Source: Actinomycetes bacterium
Lineage (GTDB): Bacteria; Actinomycetota; Acidimicrobiia; Acidimicrobiales; Palsa-688
Direction of reading: 5' to 3'
DNA: 63,801 nucleotides
Assembly: GCA_021808785.1 (NCBI GenBank)
Contig: JAKBAX010000001.1
Location: 1-63,801, forward strand
Shown: positions 43,602 through 53,340 of the stretch, piece after piece
How positions within the stretch are numbered: position 1 is the first letter of the stretch
How the letters are laid out: each line of letters begins with the position of its first letter
Position numbers and translations under genes: made by a program
Notes under the pieces: model-generated
The model's database searches: none
What the model was told of the DNA's origin: nothing
The model's input: only the letters and a program-made list of their open reading frames with translations

Positions 43602-45251
43602 CTACGCGTGGACCGAACCGGCCGTCACTACGAACCCTTCGTAGCCTCGGGCGGCGACCTGGTCGCAACGCCGGCGATAGGCGTTGAGGCCGCCGACATA
43701 CGGCATGAAGACACGAGGCTTGCCGGCGATGTTGGCACCGAGGTACCAGGATTCCGCGTACTTGTACAGCGTCTTCTGGGAAACCTCGTAGACGTGGGCG
43801 ACCCACGCGTCTTCCGCCGCCTCGTCCGGCTCGATCCGGGTGACAGCTCGCCGGCGCATGTTGTCGATCATCTCGGCGATGAAGTCGACGTGCTGTTCGA
43901 TGGACACGATCATGTTGGTGAGCACCGACGGGCTGCCGGGCCCGGTGATCGTGAACAGGTTGGGAAAGCCGGCCATGCCCAGTCCGAGATATGTCCGGGG
44001 CCCGTCCTGCCACTTCTCGGCCAGGCGGTAGCCCGATCGACCCGTGATGTTCATCCGCAGGAGCGGACCGGTCATGGCGTCGTACCCGGTCGCGAACACG
44101 ATCACGTCGAACTCGTATGGACCCTGGTCCGTGCGGAGGCCGGTCGGAGTCATCTCGAGGATGGGGTGGGCCCGCAGATCCACGAGGGTTACATTGGGTC
44201 GGTTGAACGTCTGAAAGTAGTTGGTGTCCATGCACAGACGCTTGGTGCCCAGCGGATAGCCCGTCGGGCAGAGGGTTTCCGCCACTATCGGGTCCTTTAC
44301 GATCCTCTTGATCTGCTGGCGGACGAAATCGGCCACGGTGTCGTTGGCGCGGAGGTCGGTACGAAGGTCGTTGAAGGTCTGCATCATCCCGAAGGCGCCC
44401 TTCTGCCAGCCCTCCTCGAAGAGACGTTGCCGCTCCTCGGGTTCCACGTCGAGGGCCGACCGCTCGGGGGTGGGGAAGTAGATGCCTCCGGCCGAGTTGT
44501 GATCCCTGTCGCGGTGCTCGGCGTAGATCTGCTTCCACTCCCTCTCCACATCGGGATCGAGCGGAGCGTTGTAGGTCGGGATCGAGTAGTTGGGAGTGCG
44601 TTGAAAGACGTGGAGATGGGCGGCCTGCTCGGCGATCACCGGAATGGCTTGGACACCACTCGATCCGGTACCGATGACCGCCACCCGCTGGCCCGACAGA
44701 TCGACCCCTCCCTTGGGCCACCTGCCGGTGTGGTACCACTCGCCTTCGAAGTGGTCGAGCCCCTGGTAGTCGGGGACGTTGGTCGCCGAGAGGCATCCGA
44801 CGGCGGCGATGAGGTATTGCGCCAGCATTCTGCCGCCGGCGTCCGTGTGGACCACCCATGCCGAGGCATCCTCATCGTAGTCCGCCCGGGACACTGTGGT
44901 CCCGAACTGGATGTCCCTCGGCAGATCGAAGCGGTCGGCCACGTGCCGGGCGTACCGTAGGAGGTCGGGCTGCGAGGAGTAGACCTCGGGCCACGACCAC
45001 TCCTGCTGGAGATCGGGCGAGAACGAGTAGGAGTAGTTGAGGCTCGGTACGTCGACCCGGGCGCCCGGGTAGCAATTCCAGTACCAGGTGCCTCCCACGT
45101 CATCACCGGTCTCGAGGACGGTGACGCGGAGTCCCAGCGCTCTCAGCCGGTACAGCATGTACATGCCGGCGAACCCGGCGCCGACCACGACCGCGTCCCA
45201 GCGCGTCAGTGGTTCCGCCGCCTTCGTCGCGCTCCTGCCCTCGGACTCCAT
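43602..45251 (-). CDS. Type I Baeyer-Villiger (flavin-dependent) monooxygenase
   Basis: 549 codons from ATG at 45251, with a GGGGGAGG RBS. Carries VVVGAGFAGMY, DVGGTWYWNCYPGARVDV, the BVMO fingerprint FEGEWYHTGRWP and VAVIGTGSSGVQ. Confidence 0.9.
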   Translation of the reverse strand: MESEGRSATKAAEPLTRWDAVVVGAGFAGMYMLYRLRALGLRVTVLETGDDVGGTWYWNCYPGARVDVPSLNYSYSFSPDLQQEWSWPEVYSSQPDLLRYARHVADRFDLPRDIQFGTTVSRADYDEDASAWVVHTDAGGRMLAQYLIAAVGCLSATNVPDYQGLDHFEGEWYHTGRWPKGGVDLSGQRVAVIGTGSSGVQAIPVIAEQAAHLHVFQRTPNYSIPTYNAPLDPDVEREWKQIYAEHRDRDHNSAGGIYFPTPERSALDVEPEERQRLFEEGWQKGAFGMMQTFNDLRTDLRANDTVADFVRQQIKRIVKDPIVAETLCPTGYPLGTKRLCMDTNYFQTFNRPNVTLVDLRAHPILEMTPTGLRTDQGPYEFDVIVFATGYDAMTGPLLRMNITGRSGYRLAEKWQDGPRTYLGLGMAGFPNLFTITGPGSPSVLTNMIVSIEQHVDFIAEMIDNMRRRAVTRIEPDEAAEDAWVAHVYEVSQKTLYKYAESWYLGANIAGKPRVFMPYVGGLNAYRRRCDQVAARGYEGFVVTAGSVHA

Positions 45252-45416
45252 GTTCGGTGGCCTCCCCCGGCGTTGCCGGCCGAAGATGTCAAGACGTCGA
45301 TCACGACCGGATGCTTTCCGCAGCACCCGTACGAGCAAGCGCCCCTATGAGCACCTATTCTCTAATCCTAACATGAGCCTGGCCTGCCAGGGCGCCCGGG
45401 AAGGTGAACTGCACAA

Positions 45417-47108
45417 ATGCTCGATCTGGTGATCAGGGGCGGGACTGTGATCGACGGAACCGGCGGCCCGCCACAACGGGCCGCTGTCGGGATCCGTGAC
45501 GGGCGCATCGCTTTCGTCGACCCGGATCGTCGTGAAGCCCTGGACGCCCGCCGGAGCATCGATGCCGACGGCCTGGTCGTATCGCCCGGCTTTGTGGACA
45601 TCCACACCCATTTCGACGCCCAAGTCTTCTGGGATCCCATGTGCAGTCCTTCGTCGCACCATGGCATCACCACGGTCTTCGCCGGCAACTGTGGATTCTC
45701 GATCGCGCCGATCAGCGACGATCCCGCGTACGTGATGCGACTCCTGTCGAAGGTCGAAGGAATCCCGCTCGAAGCTCTCGAAGGTGGAGTCCCTTGGAAC
45801 TGGAAGGGGTTCGAGCAGTACCTGGACGCAGTGGCGTCCTTGGCACTGGGCGTCAACATCGGTGTGTCCGTTGGTCACTCTGCGATTCGATCCGCTGCCA
45901 TGGGACCGGCTCGCTACGACCGGGACGTCACCGACTCCGATCTGCACGCCATGGCTGCGATGGTGGCCGGAGCCATGGGAGCGGGAGCATTCGGCTTCAG
46001 CTCGTCCTCGGGAACGAACCATCTAGACGGGGACGGGATGCCGGTCCCATCCCGAGCAGCCGGTCGCGACGAACTGGTGGCGCTGTCCGGGACCCTCCGG
46101 TCCTTCCCGGGTGCCCAACTGGAGTTCATCCCGACGAATGACCGCTTCGAGGAGGACCACCTCGAGACCATGACGGCAATGGCAGTTGCCGCTCAGGCCA
46201 CCCTCAACTGGAACATCCTGGTACCTCGCGACCAGGATTGGGTCGACAACCGGATGAGCGCCTCGGATCACGCCCGTGCCCGCGGCGCCACGGTCGTCGG
46301 GCTCAGTTACCCTGACGTACAGCCCATCCGCATGTCGTTCCAGTCGGTCGGCTTCCACTCCACCGCCGGCCTCGACACCCTTCCGGGATGGGCCGACATT
46401 CTGGCGCTACCCGACGACCAGAGACTTGCCGCGTTCCGGGATACGCGGAAGCGATCGATCCTGCGCCGAGGTGCTCTCTCCGCTGCCGGTCAGGCCCGGA
46501 ACTTCAGCGCCATGATCGTCGCCGAGACTGGAGGCGGCAACGGGTCGTATGTCGGTCGGTCCATCGGTGACATCGCGGCCGAACTGCGATGCGACGCCGT
46601 CGACGTCCTACTCGACATCGCCGTGGCCGATCGCTTCCGGACGCTCCTCATGGCGTCGCCCCGAGCCGCTGACGAGGAGGCCTGGGCCGCCCGACGCCGG
46701 ACGTGGAAGGACCCGAGAGTGATCATCGGGGCATCGGACGGGGGGGCCCACGTCGACGTGCTGGCCACCTACGACTACCCGGTGAGATTCCTGGCCCGCC
46801 AACGCGAGTTGGGTGTGTTGAGCCTGCCTGAGGCGATCGAGAAGCTCACCGACGTGCCGGCCCGTCTCTACGGGGCGACGGACCGAGGTCGCCTGGCGGC
46901 CGGGTACCGGGCCGACATCGTCATCTTCGACCCCGAAGCCATCGCTCCCGGGGCGCTCGAGTGGAAGCGGGATCTCCCCGCCGGCGCCGGGCGGCTCTAC
47001 AGCGAGCCTGTCGGGATCCGTGACGTGATCGTCAACGGGGCCGCCATCATCCACGAGAATCGGGTCACCGGTGCACGGCCCGGGCAGCTGCTGCGGCGCC
47101 GCCTCTGA
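45417..47108 (+). CDS. D-aminoacylase-like amidohydrolase
   Basis: 563-aa ORF with ATG at 45417. Carries MLDLVIRGGTVIDGTG and PGFVDIHTHFDAQVFWDP. Confidence 0.9.
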   Translation: MLDLVIRGGTVIDGTGGPPQRAAVGIRDGRIAFVDPDRREALDARRSIDADGLVVSPGFVDIHTHFDAQVFWDPMCSPSSHHGITTVFAGNCGFSIAPISDDPAYVMRLLSKVEGIPLEALEGGVPWNWKGFEQYLDAVASLALGVNIGVSVGHSAIRSAAMGPARYDRDVTDSDLHAMAAMVAGAMGAGAFGFSSSSGTNHLDGDGMPVPSRAAGRDELVALSGTLRSFPGAQLEFIPTNDRFEEDHLETMTAMAVAAQATLNWNILVPRDQDWVDNRMSASDHARARGATVVGLSYPDVQPIRMSFQSVGFHSTAGLDTLPGWADILALPDDQRLAAFRDTRKRSILRRGALSAAGQARNFSAMIVAETGGGNGSYVGRSIGDIAAELRCDAVDVLLDIAVADRFRTLLMASPRAADEEAWAARRRTWKDPRVIIGASDGGAHVDVLATYDYPVRFLARQRELGVLSLPEAIEKLTDVPARLYGATDRGRLAAGYRADIVIFDPEAIAPGALEWKRDLPAGAGRLYSEPVGIRDVIVNGAAIIHENRVTGARPGQLLRRRL

Positions 47109-47918
47109 TCAGTACTGCCTGTAGTCAGGAATGGTCTCCCGCCGGATGTCCCACAGTGAATGGATGGTGGCACCCCCGTCCACGCTGAGGACCTGCCCGG
47201 TGACGCGTTCTGTCAGATCCGACGAGAAGAGGAGTACGGCGTTGGCGATGTCCATGGGCCGTGGTGCCGCCAGAGGGTTGATGCCGTTGGTGTCGAACTG
47301 GCCGGCAGGCTGAGCCTGACTGCCGTGGCCCACGTTGCCGGGGGCCACGCAGTTGACCCGGATGCCCCAGTGCCCGAGCTCGTCGGCAAAGGTCCTCACC
47401 AGGGATATCACCCCGGCTTTGGCCGCTCCGTAAGGTGCGTGGAACGCGGACGCGGTGATGCCGTCGACGGAGGAGAGGGCGACCATGCTGCCGCCGGTGC
47501 CCTGCTCGACCATGCGCCGGCCGGCTCCCCGGAACAGGTAGAAGACGTGGTTGAGGTTGTTGGCGAGGGTCCAGTCCCAATCGGCGTCGGTGGTGTCCTG
47601 AGCCTGGTCCCAGGTGGCCTTTCCGATTATGTCGACGCACACGTCGATCCCGCCCAGCCCGGCTTCGGCTTCGTCGAGGGCTCTCTCAACTTCGTTGGAA
47701 TCGGTCATGTCAGCAACGATGGGAATCGCCTTGCCGCCTGAACCGGCTATCGCTTCGGCGGTGCCCTCGGCTCGCCCTGCATCGAGATCTATGCACGCCA
47801 CCGTTGCTCCGGCTTCAGCCAGGCGCACGGCGGTGAGGCGGCCGTGGCCCGCCCTCTCCGGGATAAGTCCGGCGCCCGAGACGACCGCTCGTTTGCCGCC
47901 AAGCCCTAGATCGATCAT
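47109..47918 (-). CDS. SDR oxidoreductase
   Basis: 269 codons from ATG at 47918, with an AGGAGGGGG RBS. Carries GKRAVVSGAG and YGAAKAG. Its stop abuts the DAA-like stop (TGATCA). Confidence 0.85.
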   Translation of the reverse strand: MIDLGLGGKRAVVSGAGLIPERAGHGRLTAVRLAEAGATVACIDLDAGRAEGTAEAIAGSGGKAIPIVADMTDSNEVERALDEAEAGLGGIDVCVDIIGKATWDQAQDTTDADWDWTLANNLNHVFYLFRGAGRRMVEQGTGGSMVALSSVDGITASAFHAPYGAAKAGVISLVRTFADELGHWGIRVNCVAPGNVGHGSQAQPAGQFDTNGINPLAAPRPMDIANAVLLFSSDLTERVTGQVLSVDGGATIHSLWDIRRETIPDYRQY

Positions 47919-47945
47919 GGAGAATCCCCCTCCTGCGTCGCCGCG

Positions 47946-47955
47946 CTTTGCAAAT
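47946..47955. promoter_or_regulatory. CTTTGCAAAT motif in the SDR / SDR divergent intergenic region
   Basis: Read directly, between the starts at 47918 (-) and 48068 (+). It is followed by CCTAACAT (47962-47969), an octamer also present at 45367-45374 in the BVMO/DAA divergent region. Confidence 0.4.
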
Positions 47956-48067
47956 GGTTTCCCTAACATATCCGCGAACGCGCCCTCCAACCGGTGGCGA
48001 CCGCGCCCTACGCTTCTGAGACACACTGGCCCGGCTCGGTCACAATGATCTTGCACAGGAGTGATCT

Positions 48068-48958
48068 ATGAAGCTCTTGGAGGATCGGGTCATCATCGTG
48101 ACCGGTGTCGGGGCCGGCCTCGGACGTGCGTACAGCCTCGATCTGAGCCGGCACGGCGCCCTGCTCGTGCTCAACGACATCGACGAGGAGGGCTTGGCTG
48201 AGACCGACCGCCAGATCAGGGCCCGCGGCGGCCGAGCCGTGGCGAGGGTCGGCTCGGTGTGCGACTGGGACCACGCCACCTCCCTGGTCGACACCGCGGT
48301 CGCCAGCTCTGGGCGACTCGACGGTATCGTCAACAATGCCGGGATCCACTATGTGGTTCCGTCAGTGCACGACACGCCGGAGCGTATGCGCCAGGTGATG
48401 GAGACCAATGTTCTCGGCACGCAGTACACCGGGACTGCCGCGATACGTCACATGGTCGCCAGCGGGCGCGGCGGAGTCGTGCTCAACGTCTCCTCCGGGG
48501 CGGCCAGCGGGATGGCGTCCATCGCTTCGTACTCGGCGAGCAAAGGAGCCGTCGCCTCGCTGACCTGGTCATGGGCGTTGGAGCTGCGCGAGGACGGGGT
48601 ACGGGTCAATGCCATCGACCCGGCCGCGTACACCGTGCAAGTGGAGCACACCATGGCGGTCCGGCCCAGCCCCGTGACCTGGTCTCCGGACAGAATTGCT
48701 CCCCTGGCGACGTACCTCGTGTCCGATCTGTCGGCGTCGGTGACCGGCCAGGTCGTCCGGAGGTGGGGTGACGACCTTCACCTCATGAGCCACCACGGAC
48801 CTATGGCTCCGTGGCTGAGCGACCCTGGTTGGACGGTGGAGAAGCTGGACCGGGCGTTCCGGACCGAGTTGAGTGACCATCTGCAGAGCTATGGCCGGGA
48901 CATGCGGAAATATGTGCCCTTCCCGGGCACGGCTGGACCTCCTGGCGCCGAGGAGTGA
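48068..48958 (+). CDS. SDR oxidoreductase
   Basis: 296-aa ORF with ATG at 48068 and a CAGGAG RBS. Carries VIIVTGVGAGLGRAY, NNAGI and YSASKGA. Confidence 0.85.
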   Translation: MKLLEDRVIIVTGVGAGLGRAYSLDLSRHGALLVLNDIDEEGLAETDRQIRARGGRAVARVGSVCDWDHATSLVDTAVASSGRLDGIVNNAGIHYVVPSVHDTPERMRQVMETNVLGTQYTGTAAIRHMVASGRGGVVLNVSSGAASGMASIASYSASKGAVASLTWSWALELREDGVRVNAIDPAAYTVQVEHTMAVRPSPVTWSPDRIAPLATYLVSDLSASVTGQVVRRWGDDLHLMSHHGPMAPWLSDPGWTVEKLDRAFRTELSDHLQSYGRDMRKYVPFPGTAGPPGAEE

Positions 48959-48990
48959 ACGACACCCTGGGTGCGACCAGCGGTCAGCGG

Positions 48991-50238
48991 TCACTGGAGG
49001 ATCCCGAATCGTTCGAGGCCGAAGGCGTGGATTGCGTTCCCGCGCATGACCCGGTACCGCTCCTCGTCGCTCAGACCGGCAGACCGGCACATCTCGACGG
49101 CTCGCTCGGCGGTCTGGGGGAAGCTTCCAGCCGCATGCGGGTAGTCGACCTCGAACATGATCTGGCCCGTCCCAATCAGATCCCTACAGCGCAGCGCAGT
49201 GTCGTCGTCGAAGATGCACCCGTAGATATGGTCGGCCACGTAAGTGCTCGGTGGCTTCGGGATGCGGATCCCGGCGCCGCCGTCGTGCGGGTCGGCCCAG
49301 ACCCGATCGGCTCGCGCCACGAGGTAGGGCAGCCACCCGATCTGGCCCTCCGACAGGGCGAACCGGAGCGACGGGAACCGGTCCAGAGTACCTGAGAACA
49401 CGATGTCGAGCACGGCCGCCATGCTGTTCTGGAACATGAGAATCGAGGTAACGGCATAGGGCGCGTTTGCTGATGTCGTCGGCAGGCGCGAAGAGGAGCC
49501 GATATGAAGGTTGATCACGGTCTCCGTCTCCTGGCACGCCCTGAACAGCGGGTCCCAGTACCCCGGGACCTCGTAGAACGACGGGAGCCCCAACTCGGTG
49601 GGGTTCTCGCAGAACGAGATGGCATGGGCGCCCTTGGCGGCGCACCTGTGGACCTCGTTGGCGGCCAACTGGGCGTCCCAGAGTGGGATGAGGGTGAGAG
49701 GGATGAGCCGACCGTGACCGGCTCCCGCGCACCACTCGTCGACCATCCAGTCGTTGTAGGCCCGTATACACGCCAGACCCAGGTCGCGGTCGCCTTTCTC
49801 GAAGAAGGTCTGGCCGCAGAACCGGGGAAGGATATTGGGAAAGCAGAGCGACGCCTCGACCCGGTTGCGTGACATGTCGAGAAGCCTCGACTCCTGCTGC
49901 CAGCAGCCAGGGGCGATCTCGTCGTAGGTCACCAGTCGGCTCTCGGCCAACGCCATCTTCAACTCGACCTCGTCGTAACCGGTCGAGTTGGTGATGGCCA
50001 GGACAGGGCTGACGACGTCCTCGTACACCCAGAAGTCCGCCCATCGCCCGTCGCGGGCTCCTCTCGTCACAACCGGATAGGCTCCATCCAGCGTGACCGT
50101 GGCGCGGTCCCGCACGACGTGCGGAGCCTTGTCCAGGAACCGCGATGCAAGCCGGGCCGTCCACACGTCCGGGGGCTCGGTCACGTGGTCGTCCACCGAG
50201 ATGAGCCAGGGTGCATGCTCGTAGTCCACAGCCGTCAC
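48991..50238 (-). CDS. Amidohydrolase_2 family protein, subgroup A
   Basis: 415-aa ORF with GTG at 50238 and an AAGGAGG RBS. Carries LISVDDHVTEPPDVW and EVDYPHAAGSFPQT. Confidence 0.9.
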   Translation of the reverse strand: MTAVDYEHAPWLISVDDHVTEPPDVWTARLASRFLDKAPHVVRDRATVTLDGAYPVVTRGARDGRWADFWVYEDVVSPVLAITNSTGYDEVELKMALAESRLVTYDEIAPGCWQQESRLLDMSRNRVEASLCFPNILPRFCGQTFFEKGDRDLGLACIRAYNDWMVDEWCAGAGHGRLIPLTLIPLWDAQLAANEVHRCAAKGAHAISFCENPTELGLPSFYEVPGYWDPLFRACQETETVINLHIGSSSRLPTTSANAPYAVTSILMFQNSMAAVLDIVFSGTLDRFPSLRFALSEGQIGWLPYLVARADRVWADPHDGGAGIRIPKPPSTYVADHIYGCIFDDDTALRCRDLIGTGQIMFEVDYPHAAGSFPQTAERAVEMCRSAGLSDEERYRVMRGNAIHAFGLERFGILQ

Positions 50239-50314
50239 CGGATGCCTCCTTGGACCTGGGAGAAACTTTGAAAATCCTCAGTCATATTATTGACACATAG
50301 CGGGCGCCGATGAG

Positions 50315-50328
50315 GTCGTCGCGACGAC
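50315..50328. promoter_or_regulatory. Perfect 14-bp palindrome GTCGTCGCGACGAC in the amidohydrolase / amidohydrolase divergent region
   Basis: Read directly, between the starts at 50238 (-) and 50410 (+). It is next to an AT-rich patch containing TTGACA (50290-50295). Confidence 0.3.
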
Positions 50329-50409
50329 AGCCCCCTGATGTAGTGTGGGCGACGATTTGGAACCGGCTTCTCATATCCCGAAGTGCCCGGAGCCAGGAGG
50401 GGATTTGAC

Positions 50410-51630
50410 ATGGGCAAGGTTGCCACCGGACTCAAGGTCATCGACGTCGACGCCCACATCGTGGAGCCCTACGACGTCTGGACCTCGGCACTGGGTCAGA
50501 AGTGGGGCGCTCGGGTGCCCCACGTCGAGCGGGCCACGCGAACCAACGACTTCCTGCTGCTGACCCGTCCCGGCGACGACGTGTGGGTGATGGGCGACGG
50601 CCATTCCGACGACGAGCTCAGCGTGCCGGTCGGCTGCCACGCCACTGCCGGCTGGAGTGAGCCCCTGCCCAGCCATCCTCCCACCATGGACCAGATGCAT
50701 CCGTCGGCCTACGATCCCGGAGCGCGACTGCGTCGCATGGATGAGTACGGGCTCTACGCCCAGGTCCTCTACCCGAATGTCGGCGGTTTCGGGAACGCCG
50801 GCTTCCTCGCATTGGGTGATCCGGACTTGAAGCGGGACTGCGTGCGGGTGTTCAACGACTTCATGCACGATTGGTGCAGCGAGGACCCGGATCGGCTGAT
50901 CCCGCTCATCTCCACGCCGTTTTGGGACCTGGAGTTCGCATTGGATGAGGTGGAGCGGTGCGCCGGACGGGGGCACCGGGGCATCCTGTTCACCTGGACC
51001 CCCGAGGCATACGGGTTGCCGTACCTGGCCGACCCGTTCTGGGATCCCCTCTGGGAGCGGTGCGCAGCGCACGAGATCCCCGTCAACTTCCACGTCGGGT
51101 CAGGGAGTTTCGAGTTGAAGCTGGGCTACCGAGGCAACGGGTTCCAGGTCAACTACGCCCGAGCGGTCACGGCAGGCACATTGAGCAATGCTCACGCCTT
51201 GACCGAGGTCATCTCGTCGGGGATAACGCTGCGGCATCCCCGCCTGAAGTTCGTTCTGGTCGAGAGCGGGGTCGGATGGGTGCCGTTCGTACTCGACATG
51301 ATGCTGTGGATGTGGCAGAACAGCGGGGTGTATCAGGAGCGCCCGGAGCTGGCCGGCCACAGTCCCCTGGACATCTTCAGGGAGTCCATCTACTCGACCT
51401 TCTGGTTCGAGGACGTCAGCGTCAAAGCGGCGGTGCAGGCCCTGGGCGACGACCACATAATGTTCGAGACGGACTACCCGCACTCCACGAGCGTCGCCCC
51501 GGGACCGAATGTGGCGGCGAAGAACCCGATAGATCACATTGAGGACCGGTTCGGCGGTTTGACTCTCCCTGACGACTCCGTGCGGAAGCTGCTCCATGCC
51601 AACGCCGCCGCTCTTTACCACATTGCGTGA
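50410..51630 (+). CDS. Amidohydrolase_2 family protein, subgroup B
   Basis: 406 codons from ATG at 50410, with a CAGGAGGGGA RBS. Carries VIDVDAHIVEPYDVW and ETDYPHSTSVAP. Confidence 0.85.
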   Translation: MGKVATGLKVIDVDAHIVEPYDVWTSALGQKWGARVPHVERATRTNDFLLLTRPGDDVWVMGDGHSDDELSVPVGCHATAGWSEPLPSHPPTMDQMHPSAYDPGARLRRMDEYGLYAQVLYPNVGGFGNAGFLALGDPDLKRDCVRVFNDFMHDWCSEDPDRLIPLISTPFWDLEFALDEVERCAGRGHRGILFTWTPEAYGLPYLADPFWDPLWERCAAHEIPVNFHVGSGSFELKLGYRGNGFQVNYARAVTAGTLSNAHALTEVISSGITLRHPRLKFVLVESGVGWVPFVLDMMLWMWQNSGVYQERPELAGHSPLDIFRESIYSTFWFEDVSVKAAVQALGDDHIMFETDYPHSTSVAPGPNVAAKNPIDHIEDRFGGLTLPDDSVRKLLHANAAALYHIA

Positions 51631-51663
51631 TGGCGCCGTCATGATCATCGGAGGGCAGGAGCG

Positions 51664-53340
51664 GTGACCAAGACCCTGATCCGGCGCGGTCGCGTCGTCG
51701 ACGGTTCCGGGAGCGTATCGGGGATCGCGGATGTAGGTGTCGAAGGCGACCGCATCGTAGCGGTCGGGCCCGGATTGTCAGTCACCGCAGCAGACTGCGT
51801 CATCGACGCCCGGGACCGGATAGTCACACCCGGTTTCATCGACATCCACTCCCACTACGACGCCCAGGTTCTGTGGGACCCCACCCTTTCCTCCTCCTGC
51901 CACCACGGCGTTACGACCGTGGTCAACGGCAACTGCGGATTCTCGCTGGCCCCTCTCCCTGCGTCACGACGGACACTGGTGCTCGAGATGCTCCGGGATC
52001 TCGAGGACATGCCGATCGAGACGCTGGACGTAAGTGTCCCGAGGGAGATAGCGACCTTCTCCGAGTACCTGCGCACGGTGCGGGAGAGGGAGCCGCTCGT
52101 GAACTTCGCCAGCTTCATCGGTCATTCGACCATCCGATTGGCCGTGATGGGGGCCGAGGCCTTCGGGCGGGAGGCGACCGGCGACGAGGTCGCACAGATG
52201 CAGAGCCTGGTGCGAGGCGCCTTGGAGGCCGGCGCCGTCGGCTTGGCCACGAAGACACTCCCGGGGTCCCGTCCGTCACCGAGCCAGTTTGCCTCGACGG
52301 CTGAAACCGAAGCCCTGTTGCAGACTCTGGGGCGCGGCGGGACCGGGATCGCCATGTTCAATCCAGGGGGCAACTTCGGTTTGGAACGCCTGTACGAGGC
52401 GCAGCCGCGGATCGGGCTTCCCTTCACGTGGATCGCCCTGCTCGCCATGCCGGACGGTTCCCACCGGGACCGATTGGCCTACCATGCATCGGAGTTCGCG
52501 CGAGGCGCCGAGGTGTACCCGCAGGTGTCCCCCCGGCCGCTCGTCGGAGCCTGCAGGATGGCGATGCCATCGATCTTCCGTGCCGAGTGTGTCACCGAGC
52601 TCAATGCTCTGCAGCTGGAAGGGCGGATGCGGCTCTTCGCCGAACCGGACTGGCGTGACCGCTTCCGCCGGGAGGCGCGCATCGTCGGAGGAGCGGCCGT
52701 TCCCTGGTCGGACGTCGTGATACGCGAGAGTCCTTCGTCGGCCCATCTGGTGGGTGTCACTCTGGCCGAAGCCGGTCGGGCCTCGGGCCGGCACCCTACT
52801 GATGTCCTGCTGGACCTGGCCGGAGCGGACGGGGCGCAGACCAGGGTGGAACTGACCTACGGTAACAGCGATCCGGAGGAGGTCAGCCGTCTCCTGAACG
52901 GGCCGGGCTGCGTCCTGGGCCTCTCCGATGCCGGGGCCCACCCGTCACAGATGTGCGATGCAGTACTACCTACGGCTCTCCTCGGCAGCTGGGTGCGGGA
53001 CCGGAGGGCGCTCTCATTGGAGAAGGCGATCGAGAAGCTCACCTCCGAGCCGGCCCGCCTGTTCGGCTTCCCCGATCGTGGGCTTCTGCGCCAAGGCTAC
53101 TTCGCCGATCTCGTCATCCTCGACTCGACCTGCGTCGACCCGGGCCCTGTTCGGAGCGTCCGCGACCTGCCGGCCGACGGAGAGCGCATGGTCGCCGATC
53201 GGCCCATCGGCATCGACATGGTCATGGTCAACGGTCAAGTCGTGCGTCGGGAGAAGGCCCTGACGACGGGTCGGCGTCCCGGCCGGGTCCTCAGCCCGCA
53301 ACGGGTCCACTCTCGCGGTTCCCGGCGGCGTGATGGCTGA
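51664..53340 (+). CDS. D-aminoacylase-like amidohydrolase
   Basis: 558-aa ORF with GTG at 51664 and a GGAGGGCAGGAG RBS. Carries LIRRGRVVDGSG and PGFIDIHSHYDAQVLWDP. Confidence 0.9.
   Translation: MTKTLIRRGRVVDGSGSVSGIADVGVEGDRIVAVGPGLSVTAADCVIDARDRIVTPGFIDIHSHYDAQVLWDPTLSSSCHHGVTTVVNGNCGFSLAPLPASRRTLVLEMLRDLEDMPIETLDVSVPREIATFSEYLRTVREREPLVNFASFIGHSTIRLAVMGAEAFGREATGDEVAQMQSLVRGALEAGAVGLATKTLPGSRPSPSQFASTAETEALLQTLGRGGTGIAMFNPGGNFGLERLYEAQPRIGLPFTWIALLAMPDGSHRDRLAYHASEFARGAEVYPQVSPRPLVGACRMAMPSIFRAECVTELNALQLEGRMRLFAEPDWRDRFRREARIVGGAAVPWSDVVIRESPSSAHLVGVTLAEAGRASGRHPTDVLLDLAGADGAQTRVELTYGNSDPEEVSRLLNGPGCVLGLSDAGAHPSQMCDAVLPTALLGSWVRDRRALSLEKAIEKLTSEPARLFGFPDRGLLRQGYFADLVILDSTCVDPGPVRSVRDLPADGERMVADRPIGIDMVMVNGQVVRREKALTTGRRPGRVLSPQRVHSRGSRRRDG

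Noticed and set aside
43080-44960. Other long shadow ORFs: 43080..44960 (+), 43378..44859 (-), 39325..40512 (-), 60276..61553 (+), 35197..36153 (-) and 31448..32329 (-).
   Set aside because: Each overlaps a gene with strong family motifs in another frame or on the other strand, and has Arg/Pro/Gly-dominated composition without motifs.
45367-45374. The shared octamer CCTAACAT at 45367-45374 and 47962-47969 as a regulatory motif.
   Set aside because: There are only two copies, and TAACAT fits a generic actinobacterial -10 (TANNNT). It is more likely two ordinary promoters than a specific operator. It is noted in the feature evidence only.
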